DNA of 64,000 nucleotides from IMG/VR virus record IMGVR_UViG_3300033121_001571. One strand, given 5' to 3'. The notes below the pieces were generated by a model that had not been told where the DNA came from, did no database searches, and saw nothing but the letters and a program-made list of their open reading frames with translations. Position 1 is the stretch's first letter. Every line of letters begins with the position of its first letter. Positions 1 to 11,528 of this stretch are shown here, one piece after another. Source of the stretch: a virus. Taxonomy: Duplodnaviria > Caudoviricetes. Position numbers and translations under genes: made by a program.

Positions 1-34
1 TCCAGCAGAGAAAACTATAACTCATATTTCATTT

Positions 35-2911
35 GTGATAGCGATATTATCCTGCAGCGATAGTGAAGAACGTGTCTCTCTGTTAACTTTGCACTTTAAT
101 CACTTGGGTAAAATCGTAAAAACTAGTGTTAGGCATTTTTATGGTCTTTTACTTTGTGACTTCGAGAAAGTGGGTGAAAAGTTGTGGATGTTAAAATCTA
201 GGGAATCTGATCGTTTATTAGGATAAATGACAGTTATGAAACGCCCTAACACAACCTTGCTTCCAAAACTGGGTGATCTAATCTTTTGTGGTTACAAGTC
301 TCAGTTTGATCAAAATCAACAGTTGCTTTTTGTTTTGGAGAAATACAATATCGTTGAAGTCTACTTAGCTGTTAGCGTTAATCTTGAAGAAAAGTTAACA
401 GTGATATGCATAGATTCGCTTGGATCTGTGTATAACGGTACAAAGACGTACATTCACCCGTCATACGTGGCCTTACACCAGATCTACTCAAATATATGGA
501 TAGTAACTTCTGTCTAAGAATTAACTACAAAATACGTTGTACAACGCAGAGATAACACTCACAGTGCAAAGCTTCTTGCACCGTGGTATGCATTCTACGC
601 TGGAGATGACTAAACCTAACACACCCGTAGCGGGAGATTTAGTGCATTATATTGATCATACAGGAGCTATAGCTTCTATTTGGTTAACTTTGCCGCGCGG
701 CGGGAATATTTCAGGAACGTACTTTTCTTTCAACTTAAATAAGATTATAAGCGTGAGATTTGACTTCACTTTTCAACAATGGAGCTACAATAATCACATT
801 TGGACTTATTGGACTTACGGTGCACGACTGTGACAAAACTAGTCCAAGATGACTCAAGTTTTTCTATTGGGAGACTTCACTCATTCAAATCAAGACAATT
901 TCTACACTCACCCTGTTTTCTGAAAACAGAACATAGTTACTCACAATCGAGCTATGTTATTGAAAATTTCAGTAGAGTGACTGTGTTACAACTCAGCGCA
1001 AAAAAAAGTGATGCAGTACACGTGTATTTTCTTGCTGTTGTGGTAAACATTCTTGTTGATACGAGAGTAACTGAAGTTCTCAGTTTTTTGATGAATAAAA
1101 AAGTGCACTGTTTACACCTTGTAAAGAACAATCCTTTACTTGAACACGTGCCAGATCTGATGATCGAGACTGGTACTTCAAGTGCTTATTTCTACAACTG
1201 GCAAAGAGAGCTATTGTGAACCCTGGTGAACTATTGATCACGAGAGTTGGGAGGGACATTGGTGCGTTTGTTATTTTAGACGTTTGTTGTGCTAAAGAGC
1301 ATCTCTCTTTGATGAGAGAGTATCAAAACTTGAGTCGCGCACGGCGTATAGAACGTTTTCCGTCCTTAAAAACGTACTTTGAATTTCGAAAAGCACATTC
1401 TGATTTTAGACTTTATCTAAAGCTATTTTCTTCTCTTGAAACAGTAGTACGTAATTGCATATTATTTGATGCTTGTTTCAGCATTGACAAAAACAACGTT
1501 TGGTGGAACGATGCAATCTTGTGATTTTTATTTCATTATGAGAACAAGCGAATTATGTGAGGATGATCATGTTGGAGTGATCGAACAATATCTCATCATC
1601 GAAGTGAACACAAAACCCTCTGTTGTTGCTGCGTTTAATGAATACAGGATCTTACATGAGTACTTATTTAACGTTTCTCTATCAAAATACATCGTAGAAA
1701 ATGCTTGGGAACAAGACAGAAAGAAGTACAGTTCAAGGTTATTTGATATCAACGCAAAATTGATTGACATTCAATCTGGCGTTGTCAGTCAAGCAAATCT
1801 ACACATTCCAACGTTTTTCTTAAATCCAAACATTTGGGTGCTGTGTTACAACTAAACAAAGAGTTAGTTTCTAAAAATGGAGCACTCGTTGTTTTCGAGC
1901 TGCAAGAGCCTCCGTACCCACAGTTACTATTCAAAGATGAAATCGATGGAATTGTATTCGGCTCTGGATCAGGTTCCCGTTGGAAGCGCGCAACATTTCT
2001 TACTCTGTCTAGCACCCAGTGTCTTCTTGTCAACCTAGAAATGTTATCTCTTGATCCGCTAGATCTCAAATTGATAAAAACATACTACAACGCTCCTGTT
2101 TTAAACTGGGACGTTACTAAATACACGCTTACATTTTCGTTTTTAACTAACCGTTGTCCTCCGCACATTACACACCTAACTCTAAAAACGAATGACACAT
2201 GCTCGATTCTAATCCTGTAGAAGATTCTGTTGTGCTTGTTAACAACGTCCCAGTTGTTCAATTCTGGTTTAACGTTAACAAGCCCGCGTTAAAATCCCGC
2301 GGCCTCGGCGTACTCGTGAAATATTCTAAAAACAACACATATGCTGAACCGACGCAACGCATATTGGTAGTTAAGTTACCCATAAAAGAAGCAATTCATA
2401 TTCAACAAACTTTTCAGAATATGAAAGTAATTGACATAATATGTCATAATTCGATTCTTATTAGAATCAAGCGTGTGTCTGGCTCTGATCACAACTTTAA
2501 CACTATTGAGTTGTCAGAATTTGACAACGAAACAAACACATGTCTATTGACTTTAACGTGATGACAATTGACTGTCTAGCACCCACTGCGTTTCGTGATG
2601 GGACTTTGCTGTTTATTGATTACTTCAAAAATTACAGGCTTACGTTGCTAGTGAGCAACTGTAAACGTAAAAATTTTAGTATTTTTTGCGATGGTGTTGC
2701 AGTACGTTGTAACGACAACACCATTAAAACACCTATGAAGTTCAGTTGTCAGATCAATTTTAACAAAAACAGGAGAGGTTACGCAGTCCCTTACGTTATG
2801 TATCTGTATGTTAATGGTGATGTTCTAGCACACTCTCTTGCAGTTGAAAAGATCACATACCATCCTTCTCCAAACCCAAACGCAGTAATAACACTGCAAC
2901 TTGGTGAGTAA
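35..2911 (+). other. Cluster of about 9 short (60-140 aa) hypothetical phage ORFs, several with SH3-like 'GDL(I/V)' starts
   Basis: Abutting or overlapping co-oriented ORFs; 227 (KRPNT..LGDLIF) and 537/607 (KPNTPVAGDLVHY) share an N-terminal pattern; no recognisable catalytic motifs. Confidence 0.55.
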
Positions 2912-2914
2912 CAG

Positions 2915-3946
2915 ATGTTTAATCCTCGTCTTGTAGACAAAGTTTCTTACGTTGTAGCAGACAAGAAAGAAATTGAAACACACTCGTGTGAGTGTTATTC
3001 TACGTACGTTCACGATGCAAGTTCTAAGAACTGCAAGCATTCGGTGGAGTCGTTCACTAACAAAGTGGGTAACACTCATAACGTAATCTGTGACAACGTA
3101 CCATTTCGTGTAAGACTCTTGTGTGTAAATGCAGACAACACCGTCAGCGTCGTGAGTTCAGAAAAATCATATTTGTTAACTCTAGAGATTGACCAGTTTG
3201 TGGCAGCGGTCATCAATGATGGTGTTCAACCAGGAGGTGAGTTCAACTCTGAGTTCGTGTGGGGAATCAACTCTAACAAGATTCAATTAGTAGCAGTTGG
3301 AAGCGATCTACACAAAGATATGTGTAAGAACACAGAAGATCTCAAAAGATCGCTCACAGTAACAAAAGTCAAACCTTCTGACTTGCGTGTGGGAAACATT
3401 TACAACACAAAATCTGGTGAGCAGCGTCTGTATCTAGGAAAAGTGCTTGAAACAAGCAATCAAAAAACTTACTATGCAAGTTATCTCATTCCAAATGAAC
3501 CACGTCATCATCTTTACGATGCAAAAGGATTTCAGTTACAAGCAGAGATGAAACAGAAGTGGCCTTCTCTCTCGTTGAGAGAGAAATTTACTTGGGAAAA
3601 AACGTGTCCCGAAGGTACTAAACTTAGAGACAAATACAACAAAATTTATATTTCTTTCCATTCATCAATGAATTTTGTCTCAGACGCTAATTCAGCTGAC
3701 GTTGATCTTGCTCTTGAGATAAGAGAAAACAAAGACTTGTATTTTACATATGAAACACATAATTGTTACGATCTAGCTGAAGACATTATGCAAATTAAGA
3801 GTCGTCTTTGGTATGATTCTTCTTGTCAGTTCCATTATGGAACCAAAGAATATGAAGCATACCAGAGGGACGTCTACCTCAGAGCACTCGAAGAATACTT
3901 AAACAATAGAAAAAAGTTTAGAGACAGTTTGAAATGGTTTGTATAA
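2915..3946 (+). CDS. Hypothetical phage protein (343 aa)
   Basis: Long ORF with ATG start; internal 'SDLRVGNIYNTKSGEQRLYLGK' SH3/KOW-like segment. Confidence 0.75.
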   Translation: MFNPRLVDKVSYVVADKKEIETHSCECYSTYVHDASSKNCKHSVESFTNKVGNTHNVICDNVPFRVRLLCVNADNTVSVVSSEKSYLLTLEIDQFVAAVINDGVQPGGEFNSEFVWGINSNKIQLVAVGSDLHKDMCKNTEDLKRSLTVTKVKPSDLRVGNIYNTKSGEQRLYLGKVLETSNQKTYYASYLIPNEPRHHLYDAKGFQLQAEMKQKWPSLSLREKFTWEKTCPEGTKLRDKYNKIYISFHSSMNFVSDANSADVDLALEIRENKDLYFTYETHNCYDLAEDIMQIKSRLWYDSSCQFHYGTKEYEAYQRDVYLRALEEYLNNRKKFRDSLKWFV

Positions 3947-5026
3947 CCGCAAATGCTAAAGACAAACTACTTTATCTAAAAGACTGTCCCGTCGGGACTG
4001 GGTTTACCAACGACAGTTATGTTGGATTCATCATTAACTTTGACAAAACTTACCACACAACATGTCTTATAATCTCACGTATGAATGATAGTATACACTT
4101 TGAAATTTATGATGAAGGTGCTTACTTCACTAGCGGTACAAAAGTCTTTTATTCTTCAAAATCTCTGAAGTTCATTCATCAGAGAATTTAACTAACAAGG
4201 TTTAATTTTTGGAAAATTGGGAAAGTAACAATAAAATCTATCTGAAAGATGTTCCACTTGGAGCAATCATAATTGCTCCTCTTTGTTATTTGGTTGTCGT
4301 TAACAAGAAGTCAGGTATGAACTCTGGTATAACATGTATTTGTTTGTGGCAATTAGACAACAAACTATCAGATAAGAGTTTAGATATTGAAACTCATGAC
4401 TATGATGCATCATTTGTGTGGAAAGACAGCGTAAAGTTCATATATCCCTCAAAATCTTCAATAGAACAACTGCAACTTGAAGTATCGCTAGATGAAAGTC
4501 GTTAAAGTTAAGTTTATAGACATACCTGTTGGTAGCATTGTGTTCTATGATGATATTGGCAAATATAAAGCAATGATACTCATCAAAGTCACAGACAATC
4601 TTTGTGTTAAGTTTAAGTGTGACTCGATTTCAATTGAGTCATTAAGTTCTGCTGTGTTTTTTCTTTACGACAAAGATGTCATAATAATGCCAGACAAACG
4701 AATCATAACAGGTTACTGAAATGAAAAACAAAGCGATAGAAGCCAACCAGATTCTGTATTTAACAGAAATTCCAACAGGATCCTTAATCGTCGAAAGAGA
4801 AGAAATTTCTCTAGTGATTTTTCACAACAATGATTTCAGCAAATACTCGTATTGTACTAAGTTGCTCACCGTGTTTCATAAACACTATAATAAATTTGAA
4901 TTTTTGATCAAAACATACAGTTCAAACGTCTATGTGTGCGTCCCGCCAGCGATCATTTTGACCCCTCAGCCCACAGGCCGCCCTCAGAATAAACCAAAGA
5001 AAGCGGCTAATGGCAACAGTGGCTGA
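3934..5026 (+). CDS. Four tandem small paralogous ORFs (3934, 4209, 4492, 4721)
   Basis: Shared N-terminal motif LYLKDCPVG / IYLKDVPLG / KFIDIPVG / LYLTEIPTG. Confidence 0.6.
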
Positions 5027-5060
5027 CGGTTAAAAGATATTCTGAGGGCGGCCTGTGGGC
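4969..5060. repeat. Perfect 23-bp GC-rich inverted repeat with 46-nt spacer
   Basis: gcccacaggccgccctcagaata (4969-4991) and its exact reverse complement (5038-5060), at the boundary of convergent genes. Confidence 0.9.
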
Positions 5061-5084
5061 CGCCGCAGCAGCCTGGCACCTGAG

Positions 5085-5933
5085 TCAAACTCTCTGTGAG
5101 TAATCCCACCCTGCAGCTAAGAAAACTTTGCTAGCACCCGCTGACAAGAGCTCTTGTTCCACCGCACCAAGTGTCTCACCTTTGTCAACGTTATCATCTA
5201 CTACTAGAACAGATCTTCCAACAACGCTCTGATCTCCAGAAAACTTGTGCATATTGAAAAACTTCCTCCATTCGTGAGGAAGTTTTTTTGTTTCTGGTTT
5301 CGTGCCTGCACGCCGCCAATTCTGCAAGTGTTTCTCTAATCTTGATCGAGTACGAGTCACATAGTCGTTATTTTGTCCAGCACTTAGTGCTCTAGAAGAA
5401 AATTCTTTGAACCTCGGTTCATCAATCGACAGCTCACTCGCTGTCTTTTTTTGTAACAAATTTGGTGCATATTGAACATTCAAGTGACGAGCAACTTCAG
5501 ACGCTAAGTAACTTGCCATTCTAGAACCAGACTCTGGCGCTGTCACTAAGTCTACCTCGTCTTGAAACGCTGCTGCAATTTTTCTTGCAATGATCTTGAA
5601 AACTATGTCTTGTGATTTCTGATCAGTGTAAAACACTGTGTTGCTTACGTTGACAGTCAAGACTTTAAGCAAGTCAAGTATGTCTTTTGGCTTTACTTTC
5701 TTCTCTCTCAGCACTTGTAGACGTTGTAAATCAGTGGTGAGATTTGTGTCAACTAATTTGTCAACGTACCTAAATGGAACATACAAGTCTACGTTCCTTA
5801 GTTTTGACCAAGGATTTGCTCTGAGTTTTAACATCGACATCAGATCATCTGAATCAACATAGTACGAGTTTTCAGACATTGCACGGAGTTCTGTTAAGAT
5901 GATCTGACGTAACTCAGAAAGAATGATTTTCAC
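5085..5933 (-). CDS. Phosphoribosyltransferase-fold (ComF-like) protein with N-terminal leader; start revised to GTG 5933
   Basis: PRPP-binding motif VLVVDDNVDKGETL; leader (M)KIILSELRQIILTE; GATAATTA box 5 nt upstream of the GTG. Confidence 0.75.
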   Translation of the reverse strand: MKIILSELRQIILTELRAMSENSYYVDSDDLMSMLKLRANPWSKLRNVDLYVPFRYVDKLVDTNLTTDLQRLQVLREKKVKPKDILDLLKVLTVNVSNTVFYTDQKSQDIVFKIIARKIAAAFQDEVDLVTAPESGSRMASYLASEVARHLNVQYAPNLLQKKTASELSIDEPRFKEFSSRALSAGQNNDYVTRTRSRLEKHLQNWRRAGTKPETKKLPHEWRKFFNMHKFSGDQSVVGRSVLVVDDNVDKGETLGAVEQELLSAGASKVFLAAGWDYSQRV

Positions 5934-6165
5934 TTGTCTAATTATCAAACAGATAACAGTGAAATCGTTAAACGAATTAACTGCTGGAGACTTAGTCTTT
6001 AACGATATGCTTGTGCCCGAAGAAAACACGTGGATCTTTTTATCAAAGAAGACAATTGGTGACAAGGTAAAAATCACGTGTTTAGACACAGAACGCACTC
6101 GTGTGTTTTGCTTTGTTCTTTCAATTTACGATGAAGACGTAAACATGTGGGAAGTTGCAGAATAG
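5923..6165 (+). CDS. Small SH3-like hypothetical protein
   Basis: 'LNELTAGDLV' motif like other small ORFs; real start probably downstream (GTG near 5959). Confidence 0.5.
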   Translation: MIFTCLIIKQITVKSLNELTAGDLVFNDMLVPEENTWIFLSKKTIGDKVKITCLDTERTRVFCFVLSIYDEDVNMWEVAE

Positions 6166-6170
6166 CACAG

Positions 6171-6198
6171 TGTAACTCTCGCACTCGTGCAGTATAAT
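6171..6198 (+). promoter_or_regulatory. Sigma70-like promoter TGTAAC-N16-TATAAT, 7 nt before ATG 6206
   Basis: Perfect -10 box; the TGTAAC upstream element recurs before dnaE. Confidence 0.6.
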
Positions 6199-6205
6199 TG
6201 ATAGA

Positions 6206-6766
6206 ATGACAGAAGAAGCTTACAACGCAGACAACAACGAGATTGTTGTCGTTGACACGCCAGTGTCTCAATCAAGACCCAGCGTTGCTGGTTTACAACC
6301 CGCTGTGTATTTCAAAGATGCCAAGTGGGACCGTTTGTTTGACGTGGGAGACTCGATCGTCATTGAAAGATTTTCCACGCTGTTAAGTGGAAATATGTGG
6401 CTAGACACACAGACATTCCAAGTCATGGCAATCAATGATGAAACAGGCGATGTGAACCTGTATAACAACCAAGCGTCACAGTGGGCTATGACAAACTATG
6501 CCACTGCTCCACTGTACGGACACAACTTGTTATTTGCAACTGGATCTCTTGAGAAGAAAACCCCTGAAGAACAGACAGCAGTCTTTGACAAAATCAAAGA
6601 AACTTTACCAGAACAAGCTCAGACTCAAAATGAACAGGTGCAAGTTATCAGTGTTCCTTCACTTCCGCCAACACAAGTGAAACGTCCCAGGGGTCGACCC
6701 AAGGGTTCTAAAAACAGACCAAAAGAAGTGATCTTGCAAGAAAAACTTGCAAAAGAAAAAAAGTGA
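6206..6766 (+). CDS. AT-hook DNA-binding protein
   Basis: C-terminal KRPRGRPKGSKNRPK AT-hook. Confidence 0.75.
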   Translation: MTEEAYNADNNEIVVVDTPVSQSRPSVAGLQPAVYFKDAKWDRLFDVGDSIVIERFSTLLSGNMWLDTQTFQVMAINDETGDVNLYNNQASQWAMTNYATAPLYGHNLLFATGSLEKKTPEEQTAVFDKIKETLPEQAQTQNEQVQVISVPSLPPTQVKRPRGRPKGSKNRPKEVILQEKLAKEKK

Positions 6767-6973
6767 CTACCTAGTTGCTTTCACTGTCGGTAGCCTTCCG
6801 AACTCTCTAACGTAAGGATCTTGTCTTACGTACGTTGTAGAGTCTTCTTCGGGAGGCACTGGACCAAAATCAAACTCTTCAGTGTCAGTCAAGTGATCAT
6901 CTAACGTATCTTCAAGTTTGTTGTCACACATTTCTCTTATCAACAACTTGAGTTTTTTCACTGTGATGATCAC
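6767..6973 (-). CDS. Small acidic protein with leader motif
   Basis: MIITVKKLKLLIRE; GATATTTA box 4 nt upstream. Confidence 0.65.
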   Translation of the reverse strand: MIITVKKLKLLIREMCDNKLEDTLDDHLTDTEEFDFGPVPPEEDSTTYVRQDPYVREFGRLPTVKATR

Positions 6974-7048
6974 GATGTAAATATCGATTCACCACAGCTA
7001 GGTGTACATGCCTGTGCACAGCTACAGAAAACAGTGTACTATCAGTCT

Positions 7049-7501
7049 ATGAGAAACAATTCGCTTTTCTTGGTTTTGGTTGCTTCGCTCACTTTGGGTT
7101 GCACTGGCTCTTTTGACATCTCTCCTATTCACGCAGCAGCACGTCGTGCAAAGGAGAAAGAGTCTGAGTGGTCTAAGAAAGACTCGTCAACTTCTCTTTG
7201 GCGAAGAGGATCGTCTCAAGCAGTGTTGAACTCTCTTCGGTTCAAGCTGAGTGACATCAATGTCTCAGACGTTGCTTTCGCAAAGCAATATGCAAAAGCC
7301 GTCGTCAGCACTGGCCGAGTTGTTGGAAACTACGTGCCACTCGCAAACAACTGCGCATCGTTCACTTATGATGATACTCAAGTTCTTGCTTGCGCAAGAG
7401 GTGACGAGGGATTCGTTTGGAAGTGCAACGCAGTCAACAATGACGAACGTGCAGTCGAGACTTGCAAGTCAGAGTTGCGCTCGAGTTATGAGAACTTCTA
7501 A
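7049..7501 (+). CDS. Putative lipoprotein (start revised to ATG 7049)
   Basis: MRNNSLFLVLVASLTLG-C lipobox; TACTAT -10 box 6 nt upstream. Confidence 0.65.
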   Translation: MRNNSLFLVLVASLTLGCTGSFDISPIHAAARRAKEKESEWSKKDSSTSLWRRGSSQAVLNSLRFKLSDINVSDVAFAKQYAKAVVSTGRVVGNYVPLANNCASFTYDDTQVLACARGDEGFVWKCNAVNNDERAVETCKSELRSSYENF

Positions 7502-7688
7502 ATCCAATCAAAGTCGCTTCGAAAAAAGCGTTTGATCTCTAGATCTACTAGGGCAAATGCATAGTAAGCAAGTGGGTAATCTATGTTTACCCACGAACTG
7601 TTTGTCTTTACAGTCTTTACAAGAACGCATATAGAGGAGTCTTTTCTGCTTCTAAACAGAGAACCCGCTTCTTTCACATAATTACATA

Positions 7689-9275
7689 TCAATCATCTGA
7701 TGTGACAACTGCATCAATGTTAACAAAAGAGACTGCAGTTGACACTGCATTTCTAACTGCACACACAGTAACTCTCACTGGGTCAACTATTCCAGCAGAG
7801 ATTGGATCATTAACGTATTGACCAGACATCGCGTTCCACGTCTCACCAGTTGAAACAACGTTGTTCACGATGATATCAGGTGAGACGCCAGCGTTGAGTG
7901 CAATCTTTCTCAGCGGCGCTTCACACGCACTTAAAAGAGCTTCATAACCAAATTTTTGGTCTTTATCGTGAATAACTTTTGTGTTTCGAAGCTTTGCAGC
8001 AACAAGCGCAAGAACAGACCCTCCCCCAGGAACTATTCCGTCTTCTGCGGCGGCGCGGGCTGCGCACAGAGCATCTTCAATTCTGTGAAGTTTTTCTACA
8101 GCTTCTAAACTTGTCAACCCGCCAACTTTGATCGTTGCAGCTCCAGAAGTCATTCCTGCTAAGCGAGTCTTTAGAAATTCTAAAGAACTAGCGTCCAGCG
8201 TTGGATCAGATTCAATCTGATCTCTTATGTTTTGAATGTGTTCTTGTGCAGCTTGATCAAAAGTTGAAACTGTCAATAACGTTGATTTTGCGTCTACGAT
8301 CACTTTTGTCGTAGTTCCAAGATCCTTCAAAGAAACGTTCTTGACTACAAGACCAGTGTTTGCTGAAAACAACTTTGCTCCCGTTAAAGCACACAAGTCT
8401 TTAAGTAGTTCAACTCTTTTTGCTCCGTAAGCTGGAGCTCGAACAGCTACAACGGGCATGTTTATCTTTGTTCTGTTGAGGATGAGCACTTGCAGTGCTT
8501 CTTCGACTATATCATCTGCAATGATTAGAAGCGGTGTTGATGTGCTCTTTGACCTCACAACTTCTAACAAATGCACAATGTCTTCTAAAGAAGACATCTT
8601 TTTGTCAGTGATAAACACTAAACAATCGTTGAAGCTAGCGTTCATCTTTACTTGATCAGTAACAAAATACGGAGAAACATAACCACACGGAATCTTAGTT
8701 CCTTGAACTTTCTCTACGTACGTTCTCATAGACTTTGACTCTTCAACAGTGACAACGCCGTCAGCGCCCACCTGACTTAACGCATCTACAACGATAGTGC
8801 CCAGCGCTCTGTCATTGTTCGCTGAGATCGAAGCGATGTTCTCAAGTTCAGACGGCTTGTCAATTTTCTTTGACATTGCTACAACTTGTGAGATTATTTC
8901 ATCTCTTGCAACCTCTAGACCCAAACACATCTCTCTCCTAGAGACACCAGCTTCAATAAGTTTGTTGCACTCTGTCATCAGAGAGTGTGCAAGAACAGTC
9001 ACAGTTGTTGTTCCGTCGCCCGCTAACTCATTTGTCTTTACAGCTGCTGAACGCAACAGATCAGCACCAACTCGTTCAAGTTGGTTTTTGAACGAGATAG
9101 CCTTTGAGACTGTGACGCCGTCCTTAGTCAGGACGTGTTCTTTTTCGTCTTGAGACACAATAAGAACTGTTTTTCCCTTTGGTCCAAGAGTGCAACCAAC
9201 CGCTGCTGCGGCTTTATCGGCACCAGACATTATTTGAACACGTGCTTCTTTTGAAAAGACAACGTTAGTCTTCAT
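7689..9275 (-). CDS. groEL: Chaperonin GroEL-like (phage-encoded, no GGM tail)
   Basis: TLGPKG, TKDGVTV, AGDGTTT, GIVPGGG, GIVDP motifs; 528 aa. Confidence 0.97.
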   Translation of the reverse strand: MKTNVVFSKEARVQIMSGADKAAAAVGCTLGPKGKTVLIVSQDEKEHVLTKDGVTVSKAISFKNQLERVGADLLRSAAVKTNELAGDGTTTVTVLAHSLMTECNKLIEAGVSRREMCLGLEVARDEIISQVVAMSKKIDKPSELENIASISANNDRALGTIVVDALSQVGADGVVTVEESKSMRTYVEKVQGTKIPCGYVSPYFVTDQVKMNASFNDCLVFITDKKMSSLEDIVHLLEVVRSKSTSTPLLIIADDIVEEALQVLILNRTKINMPVVAVRAPAYGAKRVELLKDLCALTGAKLFSANTGLVVKNVSLKDLGTTTKVIVDAKSTLLTVSTFDQAAQEHIQNIRDQIESDPTLDASSLEFLKTRLAGMTSGAATIKVGGLTSLEAVEKLHRIEDALCAARAAAEDGIVPGGGSVLALVAAKLRNTKVIHDKDQKFGYEALLSACEAPLRKIALNAGVSPDIIVNNVVSTGETWNAMSGQYVNDPISAGIVDPVRVTVCAVRNAVSTAVSFVNIDAVVTSDD

Positions 9276-9307
9276 CAGGTAGTTATATCTCTAATTTGAG
9301 ATTAGTA

Positions 9308-9565
9308 TCACTTGCCTTTGATAGCAAAAGCATAGACAGGATTTCCTTCGTGCCATCCGATAGAAACTTCACCTTTTAAATACTTGTCTAACAAGTTAAG
9401 AACTACGCCTACTTGTTCTTTGTCTTTTAACGACTTAGAAAGTAGGCGTAGTTTTGCTTCTGTGAAGTCTGAAATATTTTCGTCTGTGTGAATCAATTTT
9501 GAGTAAATAGAGTGACCAGTTGGACAGATCTTGATGTCTCTCTTAATCCTACGAGGGTCACTCAC
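9308..9565 (-). CDS. Hypothetical protein
   Basis: ORF with GTTACTTA box 5 nt upstream. Confidence 0.65.
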   Translation of the reverse strand: MSDPRRIKRDIKICPTGHSIYSKLIHTDENISDFTEAKLRLLSKSLKDKEQVGVVLNLLDKYLKGEVSIGWHEGNPVYAFAIKGK

Positions 9566-9621
9566 AAGTTTAAGTAACGGTGAATTTTCCCTCCTTCACA
9601 AGATTGTTCAAACGTGATAAT

Positions 9622-10014
9622 TCAACCCAAACCTTCTGGTATAACTAGCTGCTTTTTGATTTCACAGTTCACTGCTTTTCCGTCTTTGATAAAGAGACCC
9701 ATTTGTTCTGAATCCTCCCAGGTCACAATTGCTTCAATCTTTCCCGTGATACGTGGAACAATCATCTTTATCAAAACATCATCATATAAAGAACCAGATC
9801 CACACCCACGCCACAAAAAGTTTTCTAACTTGATCTCTTTTTTCGCGTCTCCTTCTGCACAAATTCGTTTAGCTTTTCGTGCTAACCCGTCTAAGAAATT
9901 TTCTTCTGGAAGCTTGTTTGTTTCTACAAGTTGATCGCACAGTAACACAATATCTCCTGCTTTCATTGTAGCATCTAACGCCAACAGCTCTATGTTAGTG
10001 ATGTTGTAACTCAC
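9622..10014 (-). CDS. Hypothetical protein
   Basis: Co-oriented ORF in operon. Confidence 0.65.
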   Translation of the reverse strand: MSYNITNIELLALDATMKAGDIVLLCDQLVETNKLPEENFLDGLARKAKRICAEGDAKKEIKLENFLWRGCGSGSLYDDVLIKMIVPRITGKIEAIVTWEDSEQMGLFIKDGKAVNCEIKKQLVIPEGLG

Positions 10015-10020
10015 AGTTCC

Positions 10021-11229
10021 TTATTCCTCTGTTTGTGAACTATTTTCTTTGTTAAATGAAACATACACGTCATTGTCAATGCTTATGCTGTCTAAGTTGT
10101 TGACTCTTCTTGATAACTCATCCATTGAGCTTATTGCGTCTTTTTTGTTTTTTACTTGTCTTCGAAGTGCATACTCTTTGATGAACGCAACAGGCCACGT
10201 TTTGACCTGTTCGTACACGTCTTCTTCAAAGAACTCTTGAAGAATAAACTTGATCACTTCTTTTCCCAACGTCTCCACTCGCACGAGCTCGTCTATACGG
10301 CCCGGGCGCAACATAGCCTTTTCAACGTTGTCAATGTTGTTTGCAGTCACAATGACTACTTTGCAAACGTTATGTAAAGATTCAAAAAACCTCATCAAAC
10401 TTTCAGTTGATGCGTGGCTTCTGTCAATGTCATCTATGATGATTGCTTCTGCGTTAACGATTTGCAAAATCTTTACAAGTTCACTGATGTGGTGTTCTGA
10501 AAAATCATCAGCATTCAACCTGACAGAGAACAGATCTAGGTTCTTGATCAAGAATTTAGCCATGTTAGACTTACCCGTACCAGGACGTCCAACTAACAAT
10601 ATTGTTCTATGAATTCCTTTTTTCAAGAAGGATCTCAAGTAAAGCAGTATCTCTTCCGCTAAAGGAGAAGAGAAGATGTCTTTAAAGACATCTTCATTAA
10701 ACACAACATTAGTGCTTGAGTTCACAGAATCATTGTTTGAAAAGTTGGGATTCTGTTCTAGGACAGAGTTTTTACAGTTTTTCCCGTGAAATAAAACTTT
10801 TCTGATAACATCAAACGATGGTTGAGTTTTCACCAAAATTCCACTGTAAAATTTTCCCAACTTGTCAGTTATCCAAACAAACTCAGTTGAATCTACTAAG
10901 GCTGTGTTTTTGATTAACGTGATGCTATCGTCAGCGCTAAACACTTCAGATTTTACGTCAGGGAGGTTGGATAACTTGTGTGCTAACAAGCTTCGCAATA
11001 CGTCTCCCTCGACTTGGTCGTATCCTTCGTCGGTAAGACGATCTAACCAGAAGTCATTTTGTGGAAACACTGCAGAAAATATGTTAATAGATTGAAGTGC
11101 AACGTTAAGCACAGTTGGATTGTTTTGAATCTCTTTCAAGCCAGACAAGACACTAGTTGCAACTAGAAACTTGTCACGTAGCGCGTTAAGAGATTTGATT
11201 TTTTGCGTAACTTTTTTAAGACTTTTCAC
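10021..11229 (-). CDS. AAA+ ATPase
   Basis: Walker A GRPGTGKS, Walker B IIIDDID, SRH 'VTANN...AMLRPGRIDE'. Confidence 0.92.
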   Translation of the reverse strand: MKSLKKVTQKIKSLNALRDKFLVATSVLSGLKEIQNNPTVLNVALQSINIFSAVFPQNDFWLDRLTDEGYDQVEGDVLRSLLAHKLSNLPDVKSEVFSADDSITLIKNTALVDSTEFVWITDKLGKFYSGILVKTQPSFDVIRKVLFHGKNCKNSVLEQNPNFSNNDSVNSSTNVVFNEDVFKDIFSSPLAEEILLYLRSFLKKGIHRTILLVGRPGTGKSNMAKFLIKNLDLFSVRLNADDFSEHHISELVKILQIVNAEAIIIDDIDRSHASTESLMRFFESLHNVCKVVIVTANNIDNVEKAMLRPGRIDELVRVETLGKEVIKFILQEFFEEDVYEQVKTWPVAFIKEYALRRQVKNKKDAISSMDELSRRVNNLDSISIDNDVYVSFNKENSSQTEE

Positions 11230-11492
11230 TGTAGTACGCTCAAGAACTTTCTTCGCTTTTCCACAAAGTCATCATTGATCTCTTCATAGTAAAACATCTT
11301 ATATAACTCTGCGTCAAATTCTCCCAGAGTCTTGCACTTCAAGAGTCTTTCTTTCTCTGCATTAGTCAGCGTTCTATACTCTTTTTTCTCTGAAATCTTT
11401 CTGAGAATCTCAGAAACCAACACTGCAAGCAAAATTCCACCAAGAAAAAAGTGCAAAATAAACACCAAATACAACAAATTGTCTTCAGTCAT
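11226..11492 (-). CDS. Small membrane protein
   Basis: N-terminal hydrophobic helix. Confidence 0.6.
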   Translation of the reverse strand: MTEDNLLYLVFILHFFLGGILLAVLVSEILRKISEKKEYRTLTNAEKERLLKCKTLGEFDAELYKMFYYEEINDDFVEKRRKFLSVLQ

Positions 11493-11528
11493 TTAGAAAT
11501 CTTCCTAACTATTTTGGGGAGTGTTAGA

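Noticed and set aside
35-5026. Stop-codon reassignment as the cause of the many short ORFs
   Set aside because: Conserved genes such as GroEL, TS, UXS and SOD are full length and end at TAA, TGA or TAG; the short ORFs sit in different frames with coupled starts.
4969-5060. CRISPR array or IS terminal repeats
   Set aside because: Only an inverted pair plus one distant copy; no spacer periodicity, transposase or clear target duplication.
5934-6098. N-terminal 55 codons of the ORF-track call 5085..6098
   Set aside because: They overlap an opposite-strand ORF; the leader motif and TANTTA box place the start at 5933.
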